50,318 bases of DNA from a virus (lineage: Duplodnaviria > Caudoviricetes): positions 1 through 50,318 of IMG/VR virus record IMGVR_UViG_3300031999_000035, one strand, 5' to 3'. Below the pieces are notes generated by a model that worked only from the letters and a program-made list of their open reading frames with translations, was not told the origin of the DNA and searched no databases. Shown here piece by piece: positions 36,754 to 46,589 of the stretch. Within the stretch, counting starts at the first letter, position 1, and each line of letters opens with the position of its first letter. Made by a program: the position numbers and the translations under genes.

Positions 36754-38130
36754 ATGCCGCAAACAATAGGAGCAAGGCCCCTTACTGGGGCAGCGAGACT
36801 TGCTTGGGATGCAGCAAAGGCAAAGAAGAGAGAAGCAGCTGAGATTGCATTGAATGTAGCTGAGAGTCTCGGGGAATATCAGAAAGGCCCTATCTATACA
36901 GCTGGTGCTAAGCTTAAGCCTGCAATGGGTAGAGTACTTGGAGCCCCAACATTGGGGACTGCTGGAAAGGTTCTAACATCAACACCGATGGCGGCAGCTT
37001 TAGGTATGTTGATGTCTCCTACGGAGCTTGCCAGCGGGAGTCTTACTCAAGAGCAGTGGAATCCAGAGATACCTGGACTTAAGATGCAGTTGCCTGGTGG
37101 AAATGCTGCAGCCCCAACTACTCAAGTACAGACTAAACCAGTAGCTAAGCCAGTAGCTAAGCCTACGTCAGCTCCATCTACTTTACCTTCTGGTTATCGC
37201 ACCCGGACACCTGAGGAACTCAATAGACTTCGGAGAGGAGTCACGATAGCTGGGCCTTTCTCAGAAAAGCCTGGTGCAAGAAACGCTCCTGCTACGTCTG
37301 AAGGCATTAAGCAGAATGAGCCAACAGGTCCTTGGGGAGGTCTATCAGGAGAACGTCCAGAGGAAATGCCTTATAAGACTCCAGTGGGCACGGAGGGAGC
37401 TATTGCACCAGAACAGAAAAAGCAGGGGAATATTGATGCTCTTATTGTCGCCCTTGGAGATATGGGTGCTAGCTTGATGGGGCCTTACCAAGAGTCATGG
37501 CAGGCTCAGCTTGGAAAAACTGCATCTGGAATGGCAAGGAGTAGAGTGTTTGCTGGAGCAATGGAGAAGGCTCTTGCAGGAAAAGTTTCCGATGACACAG
37601 GCCTTGCTTTGCTTGCACCAGAGCAGCAGATTCAGGTATCTACTGCATATAATCAGAGTCAAGCAGCTGCCCAGACTGAACGTAGAACGAGGGTTGAGGA
37701 GAAGGGAGCTGAGACACATGCTGCTGAGGTTAAGCAGACTGGAGAAGCCCAGACTAAGACGCTGTCCTTGCAAGAGCAGGAGCTTGGTCTTAAGGCGCGC
37801 GAACTCAAACAGACCGTCCGTGAGTACGAGGGAGAGGCTGGTATGCGTAAGGCTCATGAGAACTATTACAACGCTATGGCTCAGCAGGCTAGTGCTAAGG
37901 GTAGACAGCTTGATGATCCAGCGTTTACTGCTCTGGCAAAAGAAGCCTTAGCTATTGTATCAGAGAAAGCTAAAGTTGGTATATATGCAACAGAGAAGGA
38001 ATTCGACGATGCTCTTCGTGCTACCATGGAAGCACTGCAAGCTAGAGACATGACAAAGCTCCCATCGACTACAGCTGCAGGCGGAGGAAAGACGTTTAAG
38101 TTCAACCCTACCACTAGCAAGTTTGAGTAA
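36754..38130 (+). CDS. Putative ejection/internal virion protein (458 aa)
   Basis: Ala/Gln/Pro-rich, coiled-coil C-terminus; lies between two ejection-type genes. Confidence 0.6.
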   Translation: MPQTIGARPLTGAARLAWDAAKAKKREAAEIALNVAESLGEYQKGPIYTAGAKLKPAMGRVLGAPTLGTAGKVLTSTPMAAALGMLMSPTELASGSLTQEQWNPEIPGLKMQLPGGNAAAPTTQVQTKPVAKPVAKPTSAPSTLPSGYRTRTPEELNRLRRGVTIAGPFSEKPGARNAPATSEGIKQNEPTGPWGGLSGERPEEMPYKTPVGTEGAIAPEQKKQGNIDALIVALGDMGASLMGPYQESWQAQLGKTASGMARSRVFAGAMEKALAGKVSDDTGLALLAPEQQIQVSTAYNQSQAAAQTERRTRVEEKGAETHAAEVKQTGEAQTKTLSLQEQELGLKARELKQTVREYEGEAGMRKAHENYYNAMAQQASAKGRQLDDPAFTALAKEALAIVSEKAKVGIYATEKEFDDALRATMEALQARDMTKLPSTTAAGGGKTFKFNPTTSKFE

Positions 38131-38140
38131 GGAATATCAG

Positions 38141-41100
38141 ATGCCAATTCTCGAACAGGTAGTTTCTAACTATGATGAGTTCAAGAAGCAGCCCTATAGC
38201 ACTCGTTTTAGGGCCGCTAATGATTTCTTTGATACCCAGTTAGCCCCAGATGAGAACTACAAGAAGCTCCCTCCTATGGAAAGAGCCCAGATTCGCCGAA
38301 ACTATATAGATGAGGAGATTGGAAGTACTCTTACTGGGACTGATTCCATGATAGGAGACTTCTTCAATAAGTTTATGCAAGGTAGTAGTCGTATTGCAGA
38401 TATTCCTGCAGGGACACTTGAGTTCCTGAATAGTCAGACAGCTAAAGGCGTGATGGATGAGACTTGGCTTGCTGCCTCAGCAGATTGGTGGAGGAATAAA
38501 GTAACTGATAGTGCTTACTGGCAGGCTAAACGGCCGACCGGCAAATATGAAGTACCACCTAAGTGGACGAAACCCTCTGAGTGGTTTGACCCAAAGAGGT
38601 TAGTTGGTAGCTTTCTTGAGAACGCGCCATATACTGTTGCGGCTATAGCTGCTTACACATATGGAGGCTCCATTGCTGGACTCGTTGGTATACCTAGATA
38701 TACTAGCGCTTTCCAGAAAGGCTCTAGTCTGGCTCTTATGATGCTGTCTGAGGGAGGGGATTTTGCTCAGACTATGAGGGCTGCCGAGAAGGAAAGTGGA
38801 GAAGATATACCTTGGCATATACAGGCTGGGTTGGCCGCAGCGGTTGGAACTGCTAATGGTATACTTGAGAATATACTGCCTGAGAGAGTGAGTAGGTCTA
38901 TAACTCGTGGAGCCAAAAGCAGGTTGCGTGCTGTTATAGTTAACGGCTTGATAAACGCTGGATATGAGGGATTTACAGAAGTTATGCAGGAAGTAGTCAC
39001 AATGATGGGAGAGCTAGGGGTAAGTGATGAAATTCCAGATATCTATGGAAGAACTGCTGCAGCATTTCATGGAGCTATATCAGTAGGTGCTATCTTTGGT
39101 GCTGGTACGGGAATGACTACTCCAATCAAGGCACCGGTGGAAGAGAGGATTTCTGAAGTTCCAGTTGGTATAACGCCTGAGGCTAAGACACACGCAGTTA
39201 TAACTTCTGCTATGACTGCTGATGCGCTTGATAAATATGCAAAAGCTAGCATGGATTACCTCAGCGATCCTACATCTGATAGACGCCTTGATAAGCTCGA
39301 CTATGAGACTAAACTGATACAGCTTGCAAGAGCTGAGGGTATTACGGAGGAAGCCCTTGGGAAGATGCTGACTAACGCAAAAGTTGATCTTATACCAGTG
39401 ATTAACAGAATTAGAGGGACGATAGTCCCACTTGGAACCAGCGTCGAGCCAGTTAAGCTCACTACAAAGAGATATCCAGATATAGATACACTTAGCCTAA
39501 AGGTTCCAAGAACTGATGGAACCTTCTATTATGTTCCAACGGTTACAAAAGGTACAGTATCAAGGCGTGCTGTCAATAGGGCTATTACTACTTTCAGCTT
39601 TCTTAGAAATGAATTTAAAGATGTCCATGATAAAGTGTCTGAAATAGTTATACTCCCTGAAGACCCAAAGGCATGGGTACGTGGTGCTATTGATAATGAG
39701 GGGATAATTAAGGGTGGTACAGTTATAGACTCTGAAATGCTGGATATGATTGACCAAGACTGGATGAAGATAGCCTTTGCAGCGGAGCCAGACCCAGAGA
39801 ATATACTTAATCAATCCTTTAATTTAAGTGACCTTCGTAAAAAAGCTGGGATAATGGTGCAGAAAGCTGATGGCACTTATAAGTTGTTATTGAGAGCCCG
39901 CAATGAAAAGACTATATCATCATCTGACTTTGCTTATGTAGTTGGTCATGAGTTAGGCCACGCAACACAGTTTGCTGCAGGTAAAGTTCCTAAGGAATTT
40001 GAAGCAGAAAAAGCCGCTACTCCAGCGCTTGAAGAAGCTGCCAAAGCAGCTGGCATTAAAGCACAGAATCTTTTCAATGAAGCTAATGCTATTCATCCTG
40101 GCTTAGTGTTCTCTAGAACTAATCCCAACGCAGATAAGATTGGGCATGAAGCAATAGTTCGCTATCGTGCTCTTAACATGCTCGGTCATAACTTTGCAGA
40201 TATTAAGATTGCTCAAGGTGAGTTGTTTGTGGAAGACCCACTTGAACCTAAGGCAGGATTGCAAAGAGTCAATGGCTATATGGATATGGATACAAGGACG
40301 CTGTGGGTTTCCAATAACGCAGCGCCTTGGGTTCTTGGGCATGAGGCAGCTCATATTGCTATTAGTGGCTTAGGTAAGGACAACGCTCTTGTGAAACAAG
40401 GTTTTGAGATGTTCGGGGGGAGTGAGGAAGCTCTCAGCGATGCTATTGGGAAGTATTTTGAGAATAGAGTGCAAGACCAGACGATGATGGAAAAGCTTGG
40501 ACAATGGCTCAAGGACCTTTGGGCAGAGTTTGTAAGAATTATTGGAGTTCAACAATCAGAAGAGCAGTTAATGAGGTCATTTAATAGAAGAATTACAGAT
40601 GAGACTATGTTTGCTATTCCAGAGCGAATAGCTGAAATGCAGGATAGAAGAGGGCAATTCAGCAGACTAGCTCAGGACTGGCAAGATGAGTATGTCAGGC
40701 TGAAAGATGTGGGGATTGGTACAGAGTTCAGTGGCTCACAGGCTGCAATAGCTATGGACAATGCTATTTACTATAGAGACAAAGTAAGAGAAGTTGATGA
40801 GGTGCTGAGGGCAGCGAATAAGCCAAGATTTAAAATGTCGAAGCTTACGACAACACTGAGATTCTATGATAACCTTGCAAAGGTCAAAGGTAATGTGAAT
40901 CTCGCACAGCTACCGTTGAAGAGTCTGAAGACAGAAGAGATAGCATTCGTAAAGAGTGTTGCTCAAGACTTGATAGATGCAGGAGAAAAAGTTGTAACTC
41001 CTGAGAGATTAAAGCAAGCAATCGAAGCAGCGAAGATTCCTGTGAGCGTCGAAGTTGAGACATCGCAAGATCTTATTCCAGGGGTTCTAGCTATGCTGGC

Positions 41101-44100
41101 AAAGTACGGCGGTACAGTGTCAGCAGAGGGTTTAGCAGAACTCAGGGAAATGGCGGCAACTAAACCTAGACAGATCACTGGTGATACAGTCCCCGGATAT
41201 AATCTTCAAACTCACAACCGCTGGTTGTTTACAACTCCAGTAGACCTTGGTGAGGCTGCTCATGCAGGTATAGAAGCAACCAATGCTATCGGCTGGGCTG
41301 AAGTAGCAGAGAAAGAAGGAGACCCAGAGACTCTGATGGTGTTTGAAGTGCAGCCGAGTGACCACTTTAAGGCGATGGCAGCCACACCAATCGAGCGAGC
41401 ACACTTGCTGAAAGGTGAAGCTGGAAGGTATATAGCCCCTCACGTCAACTCTCTCATGTATCGTGGGCTTCTCCAAGAAGCCGCTCGAAAGGGCTTCACG
41501 AAAGTTCTCTTTCCTGTCGGTGATACAGTTGCGCAGATTGAAGGAACTCAAGCGCCGGTTGATCTTTATAATCGAATGGCTGCGAGGATGGAGAAGGAAC
41601 TGCCAGGGCAGACTGAGAGAATAATACAACCACTTGTAACTGAGGAGGACCTAGCCAGAGGTTTTAGTTCCGCTGAGATTAAAGAGAGAGGTATTGGCAA
41701 CGAGTGGCTCCAAGTCTCTCTCACTCCTGAAATCGCTGAGAAGCCATTCTTGATGTTCTCTAAAAAACAGGTTGAGACTCCAGCATTTAGGAAGTGGTTT
41801 GGAGAGAGTAAAGCTGTAGATAGGAAGGGCAATCCTGTAGTATTTTATCATGGGACACATGCTGACTTCTCCATATTTGGTGAGGGCAAGGTTTCTCATG
41901 CGTGGGATTCAGGATGGTATGGGGCAGGTTTTTATTTTACCGCCTTCCCTAAAGTTGCAGATAGTTATTCATACAATCGAGATAGACAGCGCTCTGAGGG
42001 TCGCAATATAATGCCTGTTTATCTCAGTATAAAGAACCCTTATATACTAACTAAGGACACACAAGCAGAATTCTCTCGTAAGTATTTAGGGTCTACAGAC
42101 GCGGAGGCAGTATCAGATAATAAAAATATTGTAGCCACTGAGGTTACAGCTAGATTACAGGCTGATGGATATGATGGAGTTATAGCTCGTGATGTGCTCC
42201 CTGCTGAATTTGTAGTTTTTGATTCTAGCCAGATCAAGTCTGCTACTGGTAATATAGGAACTTTCAGTCCTGAGAATCCTGATATTAGGTTCTCTAAGCA
42301 TACCCACGCACTCTGGAAAGATCTCCATGAACAGCTTGGGCCTCCTTCTGAGAAGGAGCGCAAAGCTGCTCCTAAGCGTAAATATGCACCTGCTGGAACT
42401 CGCTTTGGCTTCAAGGATTATGCTGAAACTAAAGCAGCTCAGAACACAATCAATGCTATGCCAGAGGATGTCAGAAAAGTCTGGGATGCAGCAGCAAGGG
42501 CTAGAGGGAACCCTAGCGACCCTATGAGCTACAATGTAGCTGAGTCCTATACGCTCATGGTAAGCAGGATGGAGGAAATTGCTCAGAATGTTATATGGGT
42601 TAATGACTTGTATGAAAGATTTAAGGTAGGGAATATAGGAGCTAATATAGAGGGAAGTCCTTTAAATAGATACAGCTATCCAGAGCGTATTGGTGGGCTG
42701 TACCGAGGACTACTGAAAAAGGCAGATAATATTCTTAGAATGGATTTAACAATAGATGAGTCTGGCACGCTCAGAAGGCTACGGGAGGTGAAACTTGAAG
42801 AGTATCATAAGTTCATCAACGCACTAAAGGTGGAGCCAGGTCTTGCTGTAAAGCAGTTTGACCTTGGGTTCAATAAAGATAGAATGGAATCAACCTTCGA
42901 GGTCTGGCGAGCAGCGTTCGCTGCAGATATGCCAGTTGCTCTAAGGGAGCAAGTTATTGGAAAGATAGCTAAGGGTGACGCAGAAGGCGCTAAAGATATA
43001 ATAGATAACTGGAAGATAAAGAATCAAAAGCTGCCGACTAAGATTAAGAATCTTCTATATAACGTAATGTTTGAGGGAATGCTATCAGCAGCTTCCAATA
43101 CAAAGAACTTTTCTTCAAATACACTATGGACGGAGACCATAGCATTTGTACTTAAGCCTATTAGAGTGGGTGTTGATGCCATGCTTAGCTCTAAGGCAAT
43201 GGGAAGTATTATCCCAACGTTTAAAGGGCGTGAGAGACAAACATATCTGCCTGAGATAAGTGCATTTATTGGAGAGCTTCATTCTGCAAGAGCTATGAAG
43301 AGGGCTGGTATTATTGCTAAAGAGGCGTGGAGAATCGGAGGGAAACCGAAACTGATTCAGACTGTTAGAGAAGAGACAAGATATCTTCTACCAGCAGAGC
43401 TTCGTAATCCTTGGGATGAGAATCTAGATCTTACCACGAAGTGGGAGATTGCTGTAGGAACTATGGTTAATCCATGGAAAGCTTTTGGGATAGGTAAGGC
43501 GGGAACAAGAGCCCTCACGATATTCTCAAGATCAATGGTCACAGCAGATGTGCTATTTAAATCTCTGGTGTTTGATGCTGAGATGCAGTCTCAAATAGTA
43601 AAGGAAATGCAGCGAACTGGTAAGATGTATAATGAAGTTGAGGTAACTACCAAGATGAAGGAAGCTGCTCATGCTATGATGAATAAGGCTACCTTCATGG
43701 ACAACCCTGGGAAGATTGCTCAGAGTGCCTATGCGGTGAGAGGATTTCTTGATAGACTTGGACTGCCAGGCACTGCTATTATTCCCTTTGTAAATACAAT
43801 GGCTAATATCCTGCAGAGGGGCATTGAGTTCACTCCAGGGCTTGGAATTCTTAGTGGAGTTCAGGATACAAGGAGTGAACTAGCTCGTAAGAACAAAGCA
43901 GCCATGAAGATTCAGGAGAAGACTGGCGTCACGCAGCCAAAGGTTAGGCTAGCGGATAGTGAAGCTTTGACAGATATGATTACGAATCAGATAGCTGGCG
44001 TGATGCTGACACTTGCATTGATGCTCCTTCTCCACGACGATGATGGAGAGGAAAGAATAACTGGAGCCCCGCCGAAGGATGCAAGAGATAGAGTTTCGTT

Positions 44101-44941
44101 CTATGCAACAAAGCAACCTTACTCAGTAAGGGTAGGAGATCACTGGATTTCGTACAGGAATGTAGAGCCTCTAAATATCGTTCTATCAAATATAATATCT
44201 TTTAGAGATGCGCTAAGGGAAGCTAGAAACCCAGAAGATGTAAAGGGTCTCGGAGATAAAGTTCTTGGATGTTCTGGGGCGCTGATTGAGAATCTATTTC
44301 AGAGCTCTTACATGGAAGGCTTTATGAATCTGATTAAGGACGGTAAGATAAATCCCGCAGCGCTCGGACGGATTCCAGCGGAGTTCGTTCCTTATTCAAG
44401 TCTCATGAGAGCAGTACATAGAACCTATGAAGTAGCAACTACTGGTGAGTATGCCCTCAATGATAATAGGAAATTCTCAGCGGCGCTTGCTGATGCTTTA
44501 TGGTGGGTGCCAGGAGAGATTGAGCATCTAAAGAAGACTCCTCGAATCAATGCTCTTGGGGAAGAAATCAAGATTCATGTTGGCAAAGGTGGCTTAATTG
44601 ATGGAATGAAGCTATGGTTTCCCCTTGGAGTAATGGAAGCCTACACAGACCCAGTGGAAGAAGAGCTTGCAAGTCTGCGGATATACATAGGGCTTCCATC
44701 AAAGAAAATGACTATTCGTGGTCAGGAGATAGATTTGCCTGAGGACTTTTATCGAGAGTATGCTCTTCTGTATGGAAAGTATACAAAGGAGGCTTTGTCG
44801 AAAGCAATAAGTCGGCCTGGGTTTCAGTCAATAGATGCTCCGGAAAAGAGAGTTGATTATCTAAAGCGGGCAATCGTTCCTGCTCGAAAGAGGGCAAGAC
44901 TGGTTGCTCACTGTCAGTATGTTCAGGCGTATCTTCGTTGA
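38141..44941 (+). CDS. Large polyvalent ejection protein with an ADP-ribosyltransferase (ART-PolyVal-like) domain and two HExxH zincin-like motifs
   Basis: ATG 38141 after AAGGA. TPAFRKWFGESK..VFYHGT..GFYFT..IMPVYLSIKNP..GYDGVI..EFVVFDSSQIKSATGNIGTFSPENPDIRFS (41771-42295); HELGH (39947-39961); HEAAH (40340-40354); C-terminal IIPFVNT.AN and QPYS motifs of internal virion proteins. Confidence 0.85.
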   Translation: MPILEQVVSNYDEFKKQPYSTRFRAANDFFDTQLAPDENYKKLPPMERAQIRRNYIDEEIGSTLTGTDSMIGDFFNKFMQGSSRIADIPAGTLEFLNSQTAKGVMDETWLAASADWWRNKVTDSAYWQAKRPTGKYEVPPKWTKPSEWFDPKRLVGSFLENAPYTVAAIAAYTYGGSIAGLVGIPRYTSAFQKGSSLALMMLSEGGDFAQTMRAAEKESGEDIPWHIQAGLAAAVGTANGILENILPERVSRSITRGAKSRLRAVIVNGLINAGYEGFTEVMQEVVTMMGELGVSDEIPDIYGRTAAAFHGAISVGAIFGAGTGMTTPIKAPVEERISEVPVGITPEAKTHAVITSAMTADALDKYAKASMDYLSDPTSDRRLDKLDYETKLIQLARAEGITEEALGKMLTNAKVDLIPVINRIRGTIVPLGTSVEPVKLTTKRYPDIDTLSLKVPRTDGTFYYVPTVTKGTVSRRAVNRAITTFSFLRNEFKDVHDKVSEIVILPEDPKAWVRGAIDNEGIIKGGTVIDSEMLDMIDQDWMKIAFAAEPDPENILNQSFNLSDLRKKAGIMVQKADGTYKLLLRARNEKTISSSDFAYVVGHELGHATQFAAGKVPKEFEAEKAATPALEEAAKAAGIKAQNLFNEANAIHPGLVFSRTNPNADKIGHEAIVRYRALNMLGHNFADIKIAQGELFVEDPLEPKAGLQRVNGYMDMDTRTLWVSNNAAPWVLGHEAAHIAISGLGKDNALVKQGFEMFGGSEEALSDAIGKYFENRVQDQTMMEKLGQWLKDLWAEFVRIIGVQQSEEQLMRSFNRRITDETMFAIPERIAEMQDRRGQFSRLAQDWQDEYVRLKDVGIGTEFSGSQAAIAMDNAIYYRDKVREVDEVLRAANKPRFKMSKLTTTLRFYDNLAKVKGNVNLAQLPLKSLKTEEIAFVKSVAQDLIDAGEKVVTPERLKQAIEAAKIPVSVEVETSQDLIPGVLAMLAKYGGTVSAEGLAELREMAATKPRQITGDTVPGYNLQTHNRWLFTTPVDLGEAAHAGIEATNAIGWAEVAEKEGDPETLMVFEVQPSDHFKAMAATPIERAHLLKGEAGRYIAPHVNSLMYRGLLQEAARKGFTKVLFPVGDTVAQIEGTQAPVDLYNRMAARMEKELPGQTERIIQPLVTEEDLARGFSSAEIKERGIGNEWLQVSLTPEIAEKPFLMFSKKQVETPAFRKWFGESKAVDRKGNPVVFYHGTHADFSIFGEGKVSHAWDSGWYGAGFYFTAFPKVADSYSYNRDRQRSEGRNIMPVYLSIKNPYILTKDTQAEFSRKYLGSTDAEAVSDNKNIVATEVTARLQADGYDGVIARDVLPAEFVVFDSSQIKSATGNIGTFSPENPDIRFSKHTHALWKDLHEQLGPPSEKERKAAPKRKYAPAGTRFGFKDYAETKAAQNTINAMPEDVRKVWDAAARARGNPSDPMSYNVAESYTLMVSRMEEIAQNVIWVNDLYERFKVGNIGANIEGSPLNRYSYPERIGGLYRGLLKKADNILRMDLTIDESGTLRRLREVKLEEYHKFINALKVEPGLAVKQFDLGFNKDRMESTFEVWRAAFAADMPVALREQVIGKIAKGDAEGAKDIIDNWKIKNQKLPTKIKNLLYNVMFEGMLSAASNTKNFSSNTLWTETIAFVLKPIRVGVDAMLSSKAMGSIIPTFKGRERQTYLPEISAFIGELHSARAMKRAGIIAKEAWRIGGKPKLIQTVREETRYLLPAELRNPWDENLDLTTKWEIAVGTMVNPWKAFGIGKAGTRALTIFSRSMVTADVLFKSLVFDAEMQSQIVKEMQRTGKMYNEVEVTTKMKEAAHAMMNKATFMDNPGKIAQSAYAVRGFLDRLGLPGTAIIPFVNTMANILQRGIEFTPGLGILSGVQDTRSELARKNKAAMKIQEKTGVTQPKVRLADSEALTDMITNQIAGVMLTLALMLLLHDDDGEERITGAPPKDARDRVSFYATKQPYSVRVGDHWISYRNVEPLNIVLSNIISFRDALREARNPEDVKGLGDKVLGCSGALIENLFQSSYMEGFMNLIKDGKINPAALGRIPAEFVPYSSLMRAVHRTYEVATTGEYALNDNRKFSAALADALWWVPGEIEHLKKTPRINALGEEIKIHVGKGGLIDGMKLWFPLGVMEAYTDPVEEELASLRIYIGLPSKKMTIRGQEIDLPEDFYREYALLYGKYTKEALSKAISRPGFQSIDAPEKRVDYLKRAIVPARKRARLVAHCQYVQAYLR

Positions 44942-45263
44942 GTACCTCTTCCAGTAGATGTGGGCTGCTTATAAGAGTTACCATCCCTACCATAGCAGCC
45001 CCATTATCTGCTATAATCTTTCGAGCCTTAGCTATAAAGACCAATAGATCTTTAGCGTTTGATATACTAAAGAGCTGCATTATCCTTATGGTTATTTCTA
45101 GCCATCTCTGCCTATCAGGTTCGTCCCAAGTTGCCTGATACCACTTACATTCATCCTCATGGTTCACTATACAGAAGATGGCATGAACTTGCTCAGCGGC
45201 TGTCTTAAGATATACCATCTGTTCCGCGACAAGTTGCCTTGTTATAAAGTCCTCAGGTTTCAT
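44712..45263 (-). CDS. Hypothetical protein; 3' end overlaps the large ejection gene in antisense by 230 nt
   Basis: AAGGGG RBS; last gene of the minus-strand operon. Confidence 0.6.
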   Translation of the reverse strand: MKPEDFITRQLVAEQMVYLKTAAEQVHAIFCIVNHEDECKWYQATWDEPDRQRWLEITIRIMQLFSISNAKDLLVFIAKARKIIADNGAAMVGMVTLISSPHLLEEVLNEDTPEHTDSEQPVLPSFEQERLPALDNQLSFPEHLLTETQADLLLSTKPPLYTFHTEEHTLDKSPQANLSPDHE

Positions 45264-45405
45264 TTCTTAGCCCCTTTACTAATAACGTACCGCAGCGTAC
45301 ACACATCATAGCAATAGGGGCACCTATCGGTAGGTGTTTAGGTAATCTCTTACGCTTCCCTATTACTTTTAGTTTATGCCCAAATAGCCAGCATCTTATA
45401 CACAT
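45253..45405 (-). CDS. Small Cys/His zinc-binding protein (50 aa, DUF1660-like)
   Basis: Manual translation MCIRCWLFGHKLKV...MCVRCG; AAGGAG RBS. Confidence 0.65.
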   Translation of the reverse strand: MCIRCWLFGHKLKVIGKRKRLPKHLPIGAPIAMMCVRCGTLLVKGLRNET

Positions 45406-45407
45406 AG

Positions 45408-46589
45408 TTATGTCTCCTTTCTTGTATATCTAACTATTCCGTTCATCATATCGAACTTACAGAATCCCATTTGCTCCATTGTAGTTATTATTACCCCTAA
45501 GTCCTTTCCGCTGATATCTTCATAGAATATATTCATCAAGGTCTTGATAGAAACCTCCCGCTCTTCGGCAACTACTCTCATTATACGTAGCTGAACCTGA
45601 GCCAGTGGATTAGTCCCGAAGCCCTCAAAAGTTCGAGACATCTTCTGTTCAGCCTTCTCAATCAGTGCCCTTGCTCGCTCAAATTCCTTGACTCCCACAG
45701 TCATAGAGTCCCCAGAACTAGCTGAGAAAATCATGCAGAGTTTTAGAAGATGTGCCTGCCTTCGCTGCATATAGTAATCAAGTCTGCTATCATAGCTGAG
45801 TTTGCTTTCTTCTGCTACGTTGCGCCAATCCCCGTACAGCCGAATGAATTCCCTATCGTAGCGGAAGCGCCCGCACATGGTATTGATTTGCCCAAGGTCT
45901 TTTCTGAGTGGTTCAGCCAAGTCCTCCTGCGCAGCCGTGAGCGTCGGCTCAATAACAATCTTCGCTTTATCATCCTCGTAGACAAATACAGTACGGGAAG
46001 CAAAACCGCTGCCGATAGCCCCAGGAGGAAGAGAAGTTTGTATAAGCATCGGTGTGGTTGCTCCGAGAAGGTTGACCCAGACATTTGGTGCCTCCAGCTT
46101 TCCATGAGTATGTGTGTCGTAAGTAAAACGATTTTCGCAGTCATACCATTTGCAGAGGATTGTAAGAAAATCAACGTTTTGATAGCCAATAAAGACAGTT
46201 AGCTCACTAGATATAATAGTCATAGAAGAGTGTATGCCTGACATATCCCTACCAGCATCGTCTATCCATCCAAATGGAGCCGTAGCTTCTACTAAAGTTG
46301 TCACTAACTTTTGTCTTGATGCCTCATCAGCTGCTAGCTGAACACCAATCAAGTCAAGAAAGTTCTTAGCTGGACGAATCGCCGTGCCCTTGCGGGCTGC
46401 TGGAGGACCAACTAAGACAATATATAAATTTGGGAAGAAAGTCTCTGTTCCAAGTTGTAAATAACATTTTCTCTGGAGAGCCGCTGCTATTGCTGATATA
46501 CCTGACCATGTTCTATAGCTTACCCGCGGCTCGCTATTGTCTGTATACTCTAAGTAGGCATCAAGCCAATCGGGAAGCAGTCTGGGCAT
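45408..46589 (-). CDS. DUF3987/YfjI-like AAA+ ATPase, putative replicative helicase, with C-terminal winged helix
   Basis: PNLYIVLVGPPAARKGTA, SSEL (Walker B-like), LLGATTP, GSGFASR (Arg finger); coupled to the polymerase gene. Confidence 0.75.
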   Translation of the reverse strand: MPRLLPDWLDAYLEYTDNSEPRVSYRTWSGISAIAAALQRKCYLQLGTETFFPNLYIVLVGPPAARKGTAIRPAKNFLDLIGVQLAADEASRQKLVTTLVEATAPFGWIDDAGRDMSGIHSSMTIISSELTVFIGYQNVDFLTILCKWYDCENRFTYDTHTHGKLEAPNVWVNLLGATTPMLIQTSLPPGAIGSGFASRTVFVYEDDKAKIVIEPTLTAAQEDLAEPLRKDLGQINTMCGRFRYDREFIRLYGDWRNVAEESKLSYDSRLDYYMQRRQAHLLKLCMIFSASSGDSMTVGVKEFERARALIEKAEQKMSRTFEGFGTNPLAQVQLRIMRVVAEEREVSIKTLMNIFYEDISGKDLGVIITTMEQMGFCKFDMMNGIVRYTRKET

